Assembly (NCBI RefSeq): GCF_003704095.1
Contig: NW_020844638.1
Span: 186,001-250,000 of the forward strand
Length of the DNA: 64,000 nt
Source: Pocillopora damicornis
Taxonomy: Eukaryota
Direction: 5' to 3'
Shown: positions 24,361 through 38,650 of the stretch, in pieces
How positions within the stretch are numbered: position 1 is the first letter of the stretch
How the letters are laid out: each line of letters opens with the position of its first letter
Notes under the pieces: generated by a model
Databases searched by the model: none
Told to the model about the DNA's origin: nothing
The model's input: the letters and a program-made list of their open reading frames with translations, nothing else
Program-made: the position numbers and the translations under genes

Positions 24361-26263
24361 ATGTAAAGGTATTTATAGGAATAGTTTTTTCCGCGGAATA
24401 TTTGTTACTCTTTATTACTAAGAAGCAATCCGAGCGGAGCTAAGACCATAATACGTAATACGTAATCACATGATTTCATGTTTTGAAAAATGACATTTTT
24501 CACACCAATGGTGGAAGCATAGAATAATGACCAAATTTATTGGATTAAAGTTGTGCGAATTATGATGTTCCTTCACTTTCGGGAAAGCGTACGTCTAAAA
24601 TAGATTAAAATGGGCAAGGGCTGACTCAGGCGTACAGCGCATATGGAGGTTCCGAGTGATGAACTCCTGACAAGAGGCCCTAATAAAAGTGAAGATAAAT
24701 ATAATTTTTGTATTTATGGGACCTTTCGTATGATTATTGCATTAATCACGTTTTTTCTCTAATTGAGTTCATTCTCATTTCTATTTTTTGATGAGGTCCT
24801 ATAATCCCAATCATCTGTCATTTTACCCACCAGCGCAAAGGCAGTCAACAACTAGCATTCCTTTACCCCTCACTTCGTGGCTCCAATGGTCCCGATACCC
24901 ACATACACGTTCTCAAGGAAAAAACCTCACTTTCTTATTCCTTATTTACTCCTTAAGCTGGCTCGATTTAGCGCTTTCAACAGTCATTTATATAAGTTGC
25001 TAAAATCATTACCGTCTGCAATACGATGCAGTCGAACCCTCCTTACGGACTGCTCTTTATTGCAGATAGTCTACCTTGACGCGATAAAACTGATCGGATT
25101 TCTGTCAAAAAAAACTTCTATGATATTTGCTCTACCGAATACGGACATCGGAAATTAAGTCTCGAACTCAGAGGATAAACATCACGCAACATTGACCTCT
25201 TTATCACCGTCACTCTGGTGATCAGATGGTAATCTAACCTACTCTATCATTCTAGGTGAATGACTTTTTTTAACCGTTAGCGTATCCGAAGATTATGTTT
25301 TAAGAATTTGAACAACATATATCTATCTTAATTCAAACGATAATGACAGTCTTTGTGTCATCTTACGTATACGCATACTCTAACTAAAGTTCGTTGGGTT
25401 TACAGTTCTCTTCAAAACTGAATTAGTATATTTGGAGAGCAGTATCATGATAAAATTTGATTAACTAGACTGAGAGAGAGTTTTGCGATACTCATAAGCA
25501 TTAAGTATAGATGCACATGTTGCTGTCTCAACCAGACACTTAATTTTAAAAGTGTTGGTGTGGTCTCAAAAAAGGATCTCATTGGAGTTCGTACAGTAAG
25601 TGAACGGACGGATAATTTCATTACGAAAATTACGAGATTGTATGAGTTCACTTTGTATACTATGCACCAAGTTAAAAATCGAACATTTTTTTTCTCCAAA
25701 TTAATACCTCAACTGATTGTTAAATGTAAAAAGAGACTCACTCAAGAACACCTGGTGAACTTGATATAAATTCGAACGGACTGATTTGTATGATTTCGTT
25801 TTTTTACTCTTATTTACCTATCGTTTCCATAGTCAAATATATATTTCATACACTAAGTAACAATTTCTTTACAGACTAAAGAAGCTTTGTAGCTAAGACC
25901 TGAGGGAATGGCAAATCAAATAAACTAATGAACCTCTGATATAGTGGTTAACAAAAAAAAAATGTGGCGGCCTCTTCGAGACTAATAGATTTTCTGCAGA
26001 ATCAGCAAGCTGGGCATGTCGGGCTGATTTTAAAGATTTTGCTATGTTTTGTTGGTTATAACGTATGATATAATCGGAGAAAAAAACTTGAGTGATCATC
26101 AGTTTAATTTAGAAACAAAATCTTTCAAGAGTCCTTTAATACTGAAATTTAAAGAACAATGCTTCTTTGTGGGATGTTGAATATTAAAAATAGCCAAGAG
26201 GCACAATTATAATTATGGATACATCGTTTGCCCGTAAAAACAGGGTGATGAGGGTATTGTTAT

Positions 26264-26415
26264 CAGTGGCGGATCCAGACCTTGAGCTAAGGAGGGCCCC
26301 GGATTTCTGTCGCTTGCCCTGCCGACTTTTCTTCCTTCTGCGATTCTTTCTTCTTTTTTACCCAAAATAAGGGGGAGAGCCGAGCCCCCGGGCCCCTTCC
26401 ATAGATCCGCCACTG
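26264..26415. mobile_element. 152-bp GC-rich MITE
   Basis: Perfect 12-bp TIR CAGTGGCGGATC...GATCCGCCACTG flanked by the direct repeat GTTAT on both sides. Confidence 0.85.
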
Positions 26416-26505
26416 GTTATTGGAAAAACTCCTCAGCCGGGTTACATGGAGATATTTTAATCGCCATTTATAACCCACATAGAACAGAGATGATTTGTAT
26501 TTTAA

Positions 26506-27443
26506 NNNNNNNNNNNNNNNNNNNNNNNNNNNNNNNNNNNNNNNNNNNNNNNNNNNNNNNNNNNNNNNNNNNNNNNNNNNNNNNNNNNNNNNNNNNNNNN
26601 NNNNNACAAAATTACAAAGGAACTATTTTTGGTGTCGCTTGGACCGAGAAATACAGATTGGAAATAATTAATGCTGTCACCGATGAACCAAAGGGCACAA
26701 TCTTATCAAGTTATTGGCTTGATAATCTCCACAGACTAACAATATTGGACCGAACGATCTCCTTCTTTCGACTTCTTCCTGGTGAGCCGGCCACCTCAGG
26801 GGAAAATTAAAGGACCTCTGACTTCCTCTCGTGTAAATCACTGGGAGATTGCGTTATATTCATCTTTTCTTAAGCTTGTAAAAGATATCCGGGAGAAAAG
26901 TATGGAAAATAATGGTGATGAAANNNNNNNNNNNNNNNNNNNNNNNNNNNNNNNNNNNNNNNNNNNNNNNNNNNNNNNNNNNNNNNNNNNNNNNNNNNNN
27001 NNNNNNNNNNNNNNNNNNNNNNNNNNNNNNNNNNNNNNNNNNNNNNNNNNNNNNNNNNNNNNNNNNNNNNNNNNNNNNNNNNNNNNNNNNNNNNNNNNNN
27101 NNNNNNNNNNNNNNNNNNNNNNNNNNNNNNNNNNNNNNNNNNNNNNNNNNNNNNNNNNNNNNNNNNNNNNNNNNNNNNNNNNNNNNNNNNNNNNNNNNNN
27201 NNNNNNNNNNNNNNNNNNNNNNNNNNNNNNNNNNNNNNNNNNNNNNNNNNNNNNNNNNNNNNNNNNNNNNNNNNNNNNNNNNNNNNNNNNNNNNNNNNNN
27301 NNNNNNNNNNNNNNNNNNNNNNNNNNNNNNNNNNNNNNNNNNNNNNNNNNNNNNNNNNNNNNNNNNNNNNNNNNNNNNNNNNNNNNNNNNNNNNNNNNNN
27401 NNNNNNNNNNNNNNNNNNNNNNNNNNNNNNNNNNNNNNNNNNN
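26506..27443. other. Assembly gaps (N runs 26506-26605 and 26924-27443; others at 32149-32248, 46406-46505, 62148-62288)
   Basis: Runs of n. Three are exactly 100 nt, the usual unknown-size placeholder. Confidence 0.99.
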
Positions 27444-30400
27444 TTTTTTTTTTTTTTTGGTTGTTTTTACTTCAGAAAGCGGAAATCTGCTGACATATAA
27501 GAAAAATATTCATTTCCTGTTTTCTTTGGAGCGACCGATGGAAACTTCATAGAGAAATACAGCGTCACGCCATCGTGATAACGTACATGTTTATGACAAA
27601 TGACCGGTGTGAGGATACTTTCCTTTAGATCAGCCGACTTCAACATGTTTCAAATGAAATACAAGTATAACAGTGTATCTTCAGAGGACTTCGGGTTGCT
27701 CAAATTCCCATGAAAGAAGGTGCAGCACTCGGAATCTGGACAATATGCACACGATTTGAGGTATATGTTTGCAGTTACGTCGAGTAGTCCTCCATGAAGT
27801 TTGATCAATTTTTTTAAAAAAGATGACAACCACAGGCAAGATTTCTCTTCGGGATATTACTCATAAGATAACATTCTTCCAAGGCCTCGCTCGTTTCATT
27901 TATCTGAAACATTTGTTGTCGAGAACATTAGATGTAAACATCGCCAAATTATGAAATATCTGATTTTGAGCTTTTTTCGCGAACTGCCCCTATAAAAAGT
28001 AGAGGCAGGCCCGCAGAGATTTTTACATATTTAAAAACTAGAATATTATAACCAGCTAGGTGGGTAGTTTCAGTTCCAGTATTGGTGTACTTTTGAAGAA
28101 ATTCAGATAAACGTTTTCCCTGTTTTACCTGACAACCAAAATGACCGAAACTGTACCGAGATGAATAATCTATTGGTGTGTTCACATTCACTCCCAGGGA
28201 AAATTGAATAAATTAAAGTGAAGACGAATGATGTCACTATGTATGGTAGAAGTGCCAATTTGTAATGTTGTATTTAGCTTGAGATAGAGAAATAAACATT
28301 TCACTCTTTTTTTGCGACATTTTTGTATGAAAATGAGGCCCCAGGCCTCGAACAAGCAGCCGTTGTTACCATGGCAACAAGTGTGCTGCGACCTTTAAAT
28401 AGGGAATTTTTGTGCACCCCCCCCTGAGTGCCTAACTGCATGCAAAATTTGAAGGGGAGTTGAAAATTTTTATTTCCCAAGATGTTTGATTCTTACAGAG
28501 ACTCGTTCTTAATAGCCTCTCAAGGTACTTGAGCAAAGTAATTTTTCCATAGAAACATCAGAATAATTAACAACAACAACAACATATAAAAGGCCTATTT
28601 ACCTTTCCTTACACTGCAGCTTGATACATGGTTCATGAAAAAGAACCGAGCCGGTAATTTCGCATAAGACCCATACAGACAGTGTAAATGGAAAATGCGT
28701 TATTTCGTGTTATCATAAGAACAACCGTCCCCAAAAAAGGGAAAGGAACACAATGGCTCATGAACTGCACTTAGCAAACAATTATAGATTTCACTGCGTT
28801 GAAGGGCAAAAAAAAAAAAAAAAACCATGGAGATGGGTGATTCAGATGGAGCAAAACGAAAAAAAAAAGAAAACTGTCATCGAACAAACCGCTTGCAAAT
28901 ACGAGCAGACCGCCAATGATCATCAAGTCTCGAACAAACGTCATTTTAACTCTGCAAAAAGAATAATGAATATACAAAATTTAAATATCATCGCAAAACT
29001 TAAATGAATTGCAAATTCAGAGATGCGAAAATGGCTTGAGAATTTATTCTTCACCAGAAAGTCGTTTTCCCCGTGGTGTATACTCAAAATAAGGAAGGCT
29101 TTCGTCTGGCTTCAATGTAAAGCCTGGCGTTTGACCATGAAACTGACGGCAGCTTCACAGGAGTCGTAATTCAGTCAAAGCAAACAATTTGCTCAAAGCA
29201 GGGCCGAGAGGAAATTATTTCTGATCAGTTTTGACAGCCTTCACCGAAGATCCCCTGTTGTGTTTTGTCATTTTGACATAAGTAAATAGCTGCATCCTGC
29301 TTTTGTTTGACTTCTTTTGAACATACAGTCTTTGTAATAGCACACCAAAAAGAGAACATTTTCCTTCTTCTACAAACAACCGACTTCTCCTAAATTACCT
29401 GAGATCTCGTTTTAAAAAAGAAGAATGTAGAATGCAGTTATAGAATTGGAACGAAATGCTAAAATATTTATTAATTTTATACTTTGCTAAAAATGCCGTC
29501 TATTAAAAGAGTTTCCGACTCGCCGACTTAATATCCCCATAGCATTTGAAAGGTACCAACAAACACCCTTTCGTTCAGTCAAATAAACTACAAGTAGCAA
29601 CTTTTAGCAACAGTATATTAGGAAATGAATTTCCTCAAAATTTTAAATTTTAAATTGAGACAATTAAACACCATCTGCCTTCTAAGGGCTATTTACCCGG
29701 TGACGTCACCAGCACTGTTTATTTTTATTGTCTAATCTCAATATACAATAAACCTTGAATATTCTTCCTTTTGGTTATGTATTTAGATGTTTTCTTCGTA
29801 ATCCTGCATGTATCAAATTCAGTGTCTATTTCCCAAAGTGCAGTTTTATTCCATAGCTCACTGCTACATTAATCGCAAAACAAACTGTGTGCGTGCTGAA
29901 ACATGACTGAATGAGACAAACAAATTATATTCCGTAACATATGCTTGGCTCGTATTAAATTCAGTTGGTCATCAAGCACGACAAGACTAAATGCACGTTC
30001 TTTAAATTTAAAACACAGGACGATATTCCCCCATATCTGCTTGAAATAGAAGGTCATTGTGTTTCTCTGATACATACCCTATACTTTTGTTGCCTAATTA
30101 TAATTGAGAGAGTGTTTAATCCATTGCACCATTAAAACAGGAAATGACAATAAGAACATTAAGTAAGCTCCGTTCCTTTAAATGGGACGACAGCTTTTCT
30201 CTTCTTTGAAATCAGCAGTATCGTCACGGTTATCATCTCCAGCCAGCCGAACATCGTTGTCACGAAATCAAACACACTCAAGAATTTCTCGTTCCGTTTT
30301 TATCTAGTCATTCTCAATTTGTGACTTTGGTTTTGAAACCCCATAGTTCACAACTGCTTTATCTACCGAGCTTGAATTGATAATTTTGCGCAAATATATC

Positions 30401-32448
30401 TAACATAAAACAGTTTGTAGGAAAAAGCCAATTATCATATGCTCCCTTATCCATTCTAGTGGATGCCGAAGTTTGATTACAGTGACTCTTGTACGCGCGA
30501 CAGGAAGACGTTTTTAATGACAATTGTCTGTATCTATCCTGGTCAATGCAGGCTCTGAACTATTCCGTCGTGTATGTGTTTCTCTGTGTGGGTAAAATTT
30601 CACTAATGACTGTTAGGTAAGTGGCAACTTTTTTTTTTCCACGAGATTCTTGATCATGAAGGCTTACTTTGTTAATTGTACAGTGGATGCCGAGAGCTAC
30701 ACCTACAATTATGAAGATCCAGTCCCTCAACTATTCAGTTGCTTTTCATGATGTTTGTTATGAAATACATACCTTCGCTTCTTTATTATCGGCTAATTTT
30801 ATTGACTTGATTGCACATGACTCTGTCCTTACTAGCAAATATAGCAGAAGATCTTATCGTTTCCCTGTATCTCGTCACAAAGACGCTCTCATCCACAAAG
30901 CGTTCATCGATCAATTTATTCCGCTGTTTAATTGGCTCGGTCAGCTAATGACGTTTTTTATCCCTGACAGAAAGAGTTCACGTACGTGCATTTCACAGAA
31001 ATTTTGTGTAAATATATACAGAAGAGCTTTTCCAAAAGGAAAGTGCATCTGCCGCTGGGTTTCTCTGGTCACCACAAAGAAAAATACAGTCATGACTGTG
31101 TACGAATTGAAAATTCAAGACACTAAGCGGCGAATGAATCGGTCAAAAAACAATTTAAATCGAGAAAGGATGAAAGGAGAGCGGTTTTTTCTTAACCGGC
31201 GAGGACGCTTGCCTCTTAGTTGTCTGTAAAAATTTATTTTCCTCATCTTAGATGACGTCATGGCTGTCATTAATGAACGAAGCCAGCGCGTTGGGTCGTT
31301 CTTCCTTCGGAAAATATCTCTGAACTGTACTGTTACTACTTCATCCTTGGTTTTGAACCAGGAATCTTCACACTGAATTTTTATCTGTTTCTTTACTTAA
31401 AGTTTAAGATCGGTTTATTACGAGTTGTCTAAGTTGTGTAACGGGCAGCATAGATAATTGGGGGAGAAGGGGTGGGGGAAAGAATAAAGATGAGGAAGAA
31501 ATTTAAAATGAGACGGTGAATGATTTCGAAATTACATCCGAGATTGTTTCCAAGCTTCTTACACTGTAAGTCCCTTAGATGCATACCTGCATGCTTTTTG
31601 CACTAGTTAACCTATTGCATTCAGAATCTGATACAGGTTACTGATGCATTAAAGTATCTCAATTTTGAAGAAGTTGTTCATTGTTATTCATCACACTCTG
31701 ACACAGGTATAACCTCCACGCAGAATATTGATCGGTTTAGGTTCCAACGCTCATTAATAAAAATATTATAATAGCAAACGCACAAAGAGGATCTTAAAGT
31801 TTCCACTGTTTTCAGACGGATTTTGCTTGTGGAAAACGCTGACTTCCCTAGAAACACATTGTATCCACCTATCTTTTTTGCCTCGAGTGGGCCATACGGC
31901 TTATTTGAAAAAAAATCAATTTAACTATTTACTGTATGAAACAACCATGCCCCCGGCGAAGGTTAGCGAAGGCTAATTCTACAAAACTGTGTTTTGTCAT
32001 GTCTGAAAGCCCGTGTCATAAACTGTGTATTTGTTCGTCCAGACCACTCATGACAGCCCAGTTGACATGGTTAAAGTCAAGCTAAAGTTTCTTAAAAAGC
32101 CAATTCCAGAGTTACACTTAAATGAATGTGTAAATTGAAGTCGGAGGGNNNNNNNNNNNNNNNNNNNNNNNNNNNNNNNNNNNNNNNNNNNNNNNNNNNN
32201 NNNNNNNNNNNNNNNNNNNNNNNNNNNNNNNNNNNNNNNNNNNNNNNNGAATTCGTTACCTACGTATGTTATAAACGTCAAGGATATTTCTACTTTTAAA
32301 TGACTTTTAAAGAGGCAAGTTTTTAGATAGATTTAAGAATGGTAACTTAAGTTACTGATTTCTTTTCTTTTCAACGTTTTTTGTCTCACGCACATGTTTT
32401 ATAGAGTTTTTATCACTCCGAGATGTAGCCTGGGTAAATAAAGTAGAC

Positions 32449-32469
32449 GTATTGTATTGTATTGTATTG
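32449..32469 (+). repeat. (TATTG)4 microsatellite
   Basis: TATTGTATTGTATTGTATTG. Confidence 0.85.
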
Positions 32470-35276
32470 ACAAGAAAGTGATTGCAACCGTGAATAAAGA
32501 TCTTCTCAGTCCAATTCTTGAGCGGAAAATTTATGTGGGTGTCGTTTCGTATCGAGTGTCTCAGACGGTAGGCGACGGCAAGAGCCCTGCTTGTTACTGA
32601 CGAAAAGCTTTGAGAACTTTCGAGTAAAAAAGCGTTGCAGCAAACAATGGGGTGATGAGAATAAGAGTTAAGACTATTGCGTTATGACTTACTTTTTCTT
32701 GTTCTCCACGGCGTTATACTGAACACTGAGCATAACCAGGCACAAACTCAAAATCTTGCAAATTTACCAATTTTGGAATTGCAATGTAGCCAGCCACAAA
32801 TAACCAAACATAACATCAACCCAGTACGAGACCTTTGGCGAGAAAATAGCTTCACCGCACGTATCTTTTTACAGCTGATAAACTCATCGCAGCCGGTGAA
32901 ACGTAGATGACAAATAAATTAATAAAAGCGTGGAGCTGGCAAATTGTTTCTTCGAATGGGCACTATCCTGAAAACAGAACTTATTCAGTCATAGGCATCA
33001 CAAAGACCGCTAAGAGTAAATCGCTCACAACCAAAGCTATGATTTAAAGATCTGTAGATGTGCGTAATTTTTTATTTCTTTAAACAGATGGATAGATCAA
33101 CATATTTCCCACGAGCGAGAACATATTCAACATTACTAATGACAATCCTTCGACAACGACCAAGATTGTTGGCGGTTACCATTCACTGAATGACTGAATT
33201 ACTTTCCGAATAGGCTAAACTGAGCAAACACACGATTGTTGTTACCGTAGCATTACCTTTAACACCAAGGCATGAAATATATATTATTCCTTTCATATGA
33301 AATGTCACTAATGATTAGATTGTCCTGGAGAAACTTGATTTTTTTCTTTAATTTCCGTTCTTCGCGCAATAAGAGTGATTGCATTGTTGTTTGATGTTTC
33401 CTAACCTGAAATGCTGATATAACGTTCATACTGAACTATACGGTACTCTTTCGTTTCAGAATCACTTCTCAGGAAAACTTTGTAACTCCAGTTGAAATTA
33501 CAGGGAGTTTTTTTTAAATTAGTTTAATAAGAAGGAGCTGAGTTCTTGGTTCAAATGTTTGTTCACTGTATACTACCAGGTTTGTCTCTAGGTATTCCAC
33601 AAAGCGGCGGTGTTCTATAGAACAGACTTATTCCCGTTTTGCTCGTACGTGGAGCCTGATTTTCAAGAAAGGCAGTTCTGTCAAAAATAAAACGTACAAT
33701 ACTATGGTATCATTTTAGAAAAAGGTTTTAAAAAGCTCTTTCCATGTAAATTGTAGCATTTTGATCGATCTTCGGCAGCAAATTTTAATTTCAGTCTTTG
33801 CTCGGTAAAAAAACCAATGCGCACATGTTCGACGCTCAATAATAATCAATTAAGAGGTTATCGTGACAAGTCCAAATATGAATGATCGTGTATCCCATCT
33901 GATACATTGTTTATATTGATGCTTCAGTTCCCTTGCACAACAAATTTCACTTAAGGAACTGAAAAGTATTAAAGACTAAGAGGGAACATAATTAAGAAGA
34001 ACATGCGTGGCTTTTGTCATATTAGCAACGTTACAGGGTTGTCATAAAAATAAATCTGTACATGTAAGTGCATGCAAAATTTGAAGAACCAAAAACCTGG
34101 TAGCGTTTGTAAACTTATCCATTTTTACTATTTCAGTGAGTTTTTCTAAATTTTTTTCCTATTTCAGGAAATGTTAATGACGACAGGTTTATTTTTTATT
34201 TTCGTTTGTAAAAGTAAGGTTCTCTTGGTAATCTTTTCGTTTAGGTTGGTAACAAAGCTTACATAAGAGAGCGCTCACATTATAGTCGATAAACTGCTCG
34301 TTGCCACAGAAACAACATAATCTACTCTTTTCAGTTTTGAATATGAATAATTCCTCGGGTATATGAAAATCTCGTCTGGCCTAAAAAGTAAAAAAAAACA
34401 AAAAATCTTCTTTGAAGACATATTTTTCAAATAGAGCATTATACCTTTACCTGCTCTACAAAAGAATAAATCACCTCAAGTATAAATAATTTTCTTTTTA
34501 TATCAATTGCAAATAAGAAAATCAGTAGAATGAATGTTGTTCCCAAATATTTTGGTATCATTTTTCTAATGTAGACACCACCGTGAAATTCATCTAAATT
34601 CCAGTCTAAATGCCCATGTCCTATGAAATGAAAGTAACATTGGTTTTCTTGCCACGTGATTATGTTGCTTTTCGTCACGCTTAGAAAAAAATCAAACAGA
34701 CAAAAATATAAACAAACAAACAAAAAACATTGGTCACTTGAGAACTTCTCCTCACTAAACTCGATAGTTCATGGGCGTTTAGGTTGCCTCTTGAATGTTC
34801 ATCCAGTGTTATTATCAGGTGTTTATTTGTATGAAGCTGTTGCTGTTGTCATTATTTCCTAATTTTCCCTTAGCTTTCAATGGGATTCTAGAAGAAATCC
34901 TCTGATATTGCGTACCCATTAGACAGCAATAAGAGAGACAGTACCACATAGATCTGTTCATATTTCTTATTTAGTTATTATGGTCATGATGACAAATTCT
35001 GATCAAACTGTTGGGTGATTACTGTGTCATTTCCATAGAAATATATAATTACTTTGAGAAAACATCCAACTGAGTCTTAAATACAAAGTTAAATAACACC
35101 CTAAGTGATATTAGGGTAACGAATGAAACCGTTGCTCAAGTAATTCATTACACAGCACTATGGACATAGGAAGGTGGGCCTCTAAAGTGTCTTTATAACT
35201 GCATTGATGACTTTTATATCTCAATCCGACAAATCAAAACGAGCATGTAGTACCTACGCGACCAGTTAGTCTATTT

Positions 35277-35482
35277 GCCTTTTTATTCCCAAGGTTTCAT
35301 TAGTAATATTCCTTATTGTCTGCCATAAAACTCTTATGATGTAAGTTCGGAGAATTTTGTATTGCATCAAATAATTTCCCCTCATTGATATTTTGTTTAT
35401 CCTTATCGCTTGTCTGCTTTATATTATATTGATCTTGTAAAGAGAAACTCTGTCTTGGTCACTCATGAGAGTTAAAGGGTTA
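35277..35482 (-). mobile_element. Diverged copy of the TTAA/CCCTTTAACT MITE
   Basis: Reverse-complement homologue of 63116-63321. The right end AGTTAAAGGGTTAG is retained and the left TIR has decayed. Confidence 0.75.
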
Positions 35483-37522
35483 GCATGCATATGAACTCGT
35501 TTTCTTCGAGGACCATTGAAAGGTGAACCATAGAACTCAAATAGAACATAGAGGTTCTTCTTCCTTCTCTATTCTTCTCTATTCTTCCTATCACACGATA
35601 GCCTTTATTCAAATAACTTACCATAATCCCTTTAAAAACAAAATACTTGCTGAACCTTTCCAAAGGTATGTTTATTCATGTTATTTCTTCAATCAACCAG
35701 AAGTGCCTTAGAGACCTACGTGTAGTGCTGGTGCATGGTCTGTAATGACCACTGTGGTCCGTCTTCCTGAGAAAAATTTTAACAAGAAATCTAGATCGGT
35801 TCTGATACACTTTCAGAGAACTGGAGAAGTTTACATTCCATTTTCCATTCCAATCCATTAACCTTTTTCTCTTCTGTGCATGGCTATACTCCGTTTGGCA
35901 CGGAAGCGGTTAGAAATCTCGTTTGAAATGAAAACCTGCTTAGTTGTCAAGCTCTTCCCCTCACCGATCGACAATTTGGTTAAAAGGTTTTGTTTTCAGA
36001 AGCACTCTAGGGTTTGATTCACTTGTTTTGTCAGGTGTGTCAATCAAGCGGTAAAACAGTGAGATATGCGTTATTCATTTTCCATCCATCCATTTATGTA
36101 TTTACTTTATTTACTTAGTCATTATTCCACGATCATGTATTTCTGACATTGTCTTAAACTTTGACATGTTGCTTTTTTAACAACATATAATTCGGTATGG
36201 CTTTTTTTAGTTGTCTGTTCCTGTCGTCATCTTGTTATATATGCCAATTCTTCAACCCTTTCTTTTCTTTTCTGCATTTTCCTGCATGTTTTGGTAATCA
36301 AAAATTTGGTTTACAGGTGCATCTTATGGATGGTGATATTTTACAGCGCAAGGCAAAACAAAGCCAACCTCAGTACTCAATCGAAAACTGCTTGAATTCA
36401 CACAGACCAAATTTCCGTTTATTTGACAGAAACACACAATAACTTTAAACGTTTGTATAATTTAAATTTTTCTCTCTAGGTTAGTTTGATATTCTTTTTA
36501 ATTAAAATCGAAACTTAAAACTGACAGCAACAGCCTTAGCAATTAGAGTTGACAATTGTTATAGGGTGGGACTATTATTCGACTCATACGATGAATCCAC
36601 AATTTATTCATATTAAAACTTCACCAGAAGGGAAAATTTTCCCTTCTGTGCGAAACGAACAGAGAAATAACATTTTATCCAAATAATCTCCGTCGATTTC
36701 CTCATTATTCATCCTGATGCCTAAAGGAAAAATGTTCCTCAAACTTTTTAAAATTGCTTATTCTGTGAAGATTAATATGCTATTCACCTTCGTGGTGAAA
36801 AGGAAATGTTTTGAAAAAGCGATATAAATGGCAAGTTATTATATTCAATCTAATCCATCTCAAAGAGAGAGAGAGTGATCTGATACCATAGTTTTAACCG
36901 GTCGTTGATTTATTAATATTTTGATATTTATTTGTCTCTTCTCACTCAATTTCTCCGATTTAATTCGAGCCGCGGGTTCTTTTGAAAAATTTTTCGACAA
37001 TCAATATTTATATCTTGCTTTGTTTGATGTGGAAGGCTGGCACTTGCTTTATTTATTTAAAGTCTTCCTAGTGCTTAGTGCTTAGTGATGCTCAATATTC
37101 CTGAAGTTTCCTTATCTAAAAATCTAGATCCCAGAGTTTTGTAGACTAAACCTTTTAGTCAAAAGTATCTGAAAATCAAAAGAAGATCGGGATAGATAAA
37201 AGATATTTCTTCCAGGTTTTAATCAAGATATATCTATTACGCCAGGTGTTTTTATTCAAACGTTGCCAACTTGAGTAAATTTATTCCGACAAACCGATCA
37301 TAATCAATAAGACAATTTTCTTGTTTTGTTCAATCGTGTGCTTTCATCAACACGAGCAGGCTCATTAGAGTCTTACACCCTCATTGACACCAGCAGCTAG
37401 AGAGATCCCTCAGTGCTAATGTATTTTTCTTGTAACTTTACAAGTCGTTAAAAATTGATAAAACAAATAAGGAAGGAAACGTAGCAACATATTCTCTACG
37501 CTTTCCGGCGGTGGACGGTGAA

Positions 37523-38650
37523 ATGGCTGACGATCTTATTTCTAGGAGTCTTTCCCTAAAGATTGTGGAAATAAGCTCATTGATCATCTTGAATGTTCTG
37601 TCCTTGACTGGAAACACATTGGTTTGTATTTCAGTTTACAAGAACAACAGACTTCGCACTACCACGAACTTATACATCATCGCTCTAGCAGTAAGTGACT
37701 TGCTTTCCGCTGTTTTTGTCATGCCTCTTGGAACTGGTGTACTAATAACCAGCCAATGGAATTTTGGAGAGGTTCTTTGCCAGCTTCACGCTTTTTTCAG
37801 TCTTTTTGTGATCTACGTTTCTCCTGTGACTATGGGACTGACTGCTGTTAACAGATATGTGAGAATGTGCAAATCTGACCAACAATATAGAAAATTGTTT
37901 TCAGCGCGCAAGTCACGGGCCTTGCTTATCATGGTGTGGTCATTTGTCGCATGTTATGTCCTTGTTCCTCGCCTAACTGGTCTACAAGGCTTTGAATTTG
38001 TTCAGGGCTATGCACAATGTTCCTTGGCTCATTTTAGCGAAAGCGGAAAAATGATTCATTACGGGATCGTTCTAACACTATTCTTCTTGGTCCCGCTAAT
38101 GTCTACCATTATCAGCTACATAAAAGTTGCCAAAATGATCAGACAACACAATATGGGCGCGTCTTCAACGATTCAGAGATCTACAGGAAACGTAGCGATA
38201 AGTGCGCACGAGATAAAAGTGAGTAAATCGCTTTTTGCTGTTGTGTTTGCGTTCATGATCTGCTGGATTCCATTTTGGGTGATTGTCATCTTGAGGCGCT
38301 TCAATTTGGTGGGGAAAATGCCTCGGAGTTTTGAGTTACTCTGCATGTTTCTCCTCTACTTTTCCAACACAATCAATCCTTTCATATATGCTGGCATGAA
38401 TCACTTGTTCAAACGTGAGTTCCGAAAAATATTATGCTGCGAAACTAAGGGCAGAGTTGGAGTCACCGCAACAGAAGATGGAACACAAAGTGCAACTGTA
38501 ATCGGAAATGCTCTAACAAGTCGAAAAGACAACTATCACATTCGTTCAGATAACAGCAATGAAGGGAATTTTGAAGAGCTCAAATTCACCACAGTAACTA
38601 TTTGCACTGGTGAAGTTGTCTCTCAAGGAAAGCTAAACAAAAGTTTTTAA
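37523..38650 (+). CDS. Class A GPCR, melatonin-receptor-like (NRY), intronless ORF
   Basis: First ATG 37523 (the track starts at GTG 37511). Seven hydrophobic segments with GN, LAVSD, C3.25, AVNRY, W4.50, CWIP, NPFIY. Confidence 0.95.
   Translation: MADDLISRSLSLKIVEISSLIILNVLSLTGNTLVCISVYKNNRLRTTTNLYIIALAVSDLLSAVFVMPLGTGVLITSQWNFGEVLCQLHAFFSLFVIYVSPVTMGLTAVNRYVRMCKSDQQYRKLFSARKSRALLIMVWSFVACYVLVPRLTGLQGFEFVQGYAQCSLAHFSESGKMIHYGIVLTLFFLVPLMSTIISYIKVAKMIRQHNMGASSTIQRSTGNVAISAHEIKVSKSLFAVVFAFMICWIPFWVIVILRRFNLVGKMPRSFELLCMFLLYFSNTINPFIYAGMNHLFKREFRKILCCETKGRVGVTATEDGTQSATVIGNALTSRKDNYHIRSDNSNEGNFEELKFTTVTICTGEVVSQGKLNKSF

Noticed and set aside
26490-27552. Long ORFs in the track
   Set aside because: They are artefacts of translating through N gaps.
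28365-28378. Perfect RFX X-box GTTACCATGGCAAC
   Set aside because: It sits in what looks like DNA-transposon subterminal sequence (similar motif near 58198) and not at an identified promoter.
27580-28530. Possible DNA-transposon coding remnant
   Set aside because: The minus-strand translation is Cys-rich but interrupted, with no assignable catalytic motif or paired termini.
24400-29000. Signal-peptide exon of aGPCR2
   Set aside because: Candidate donors near 25011, 25817 and 28602 give no ATG-led hydrophobic phase-1 exon. It may lie in a gap.
30669-31229. 186-aa ORF
   Set aside because: TTG start, no recognisable motif or convincing exon structure; likely a chance ORF.
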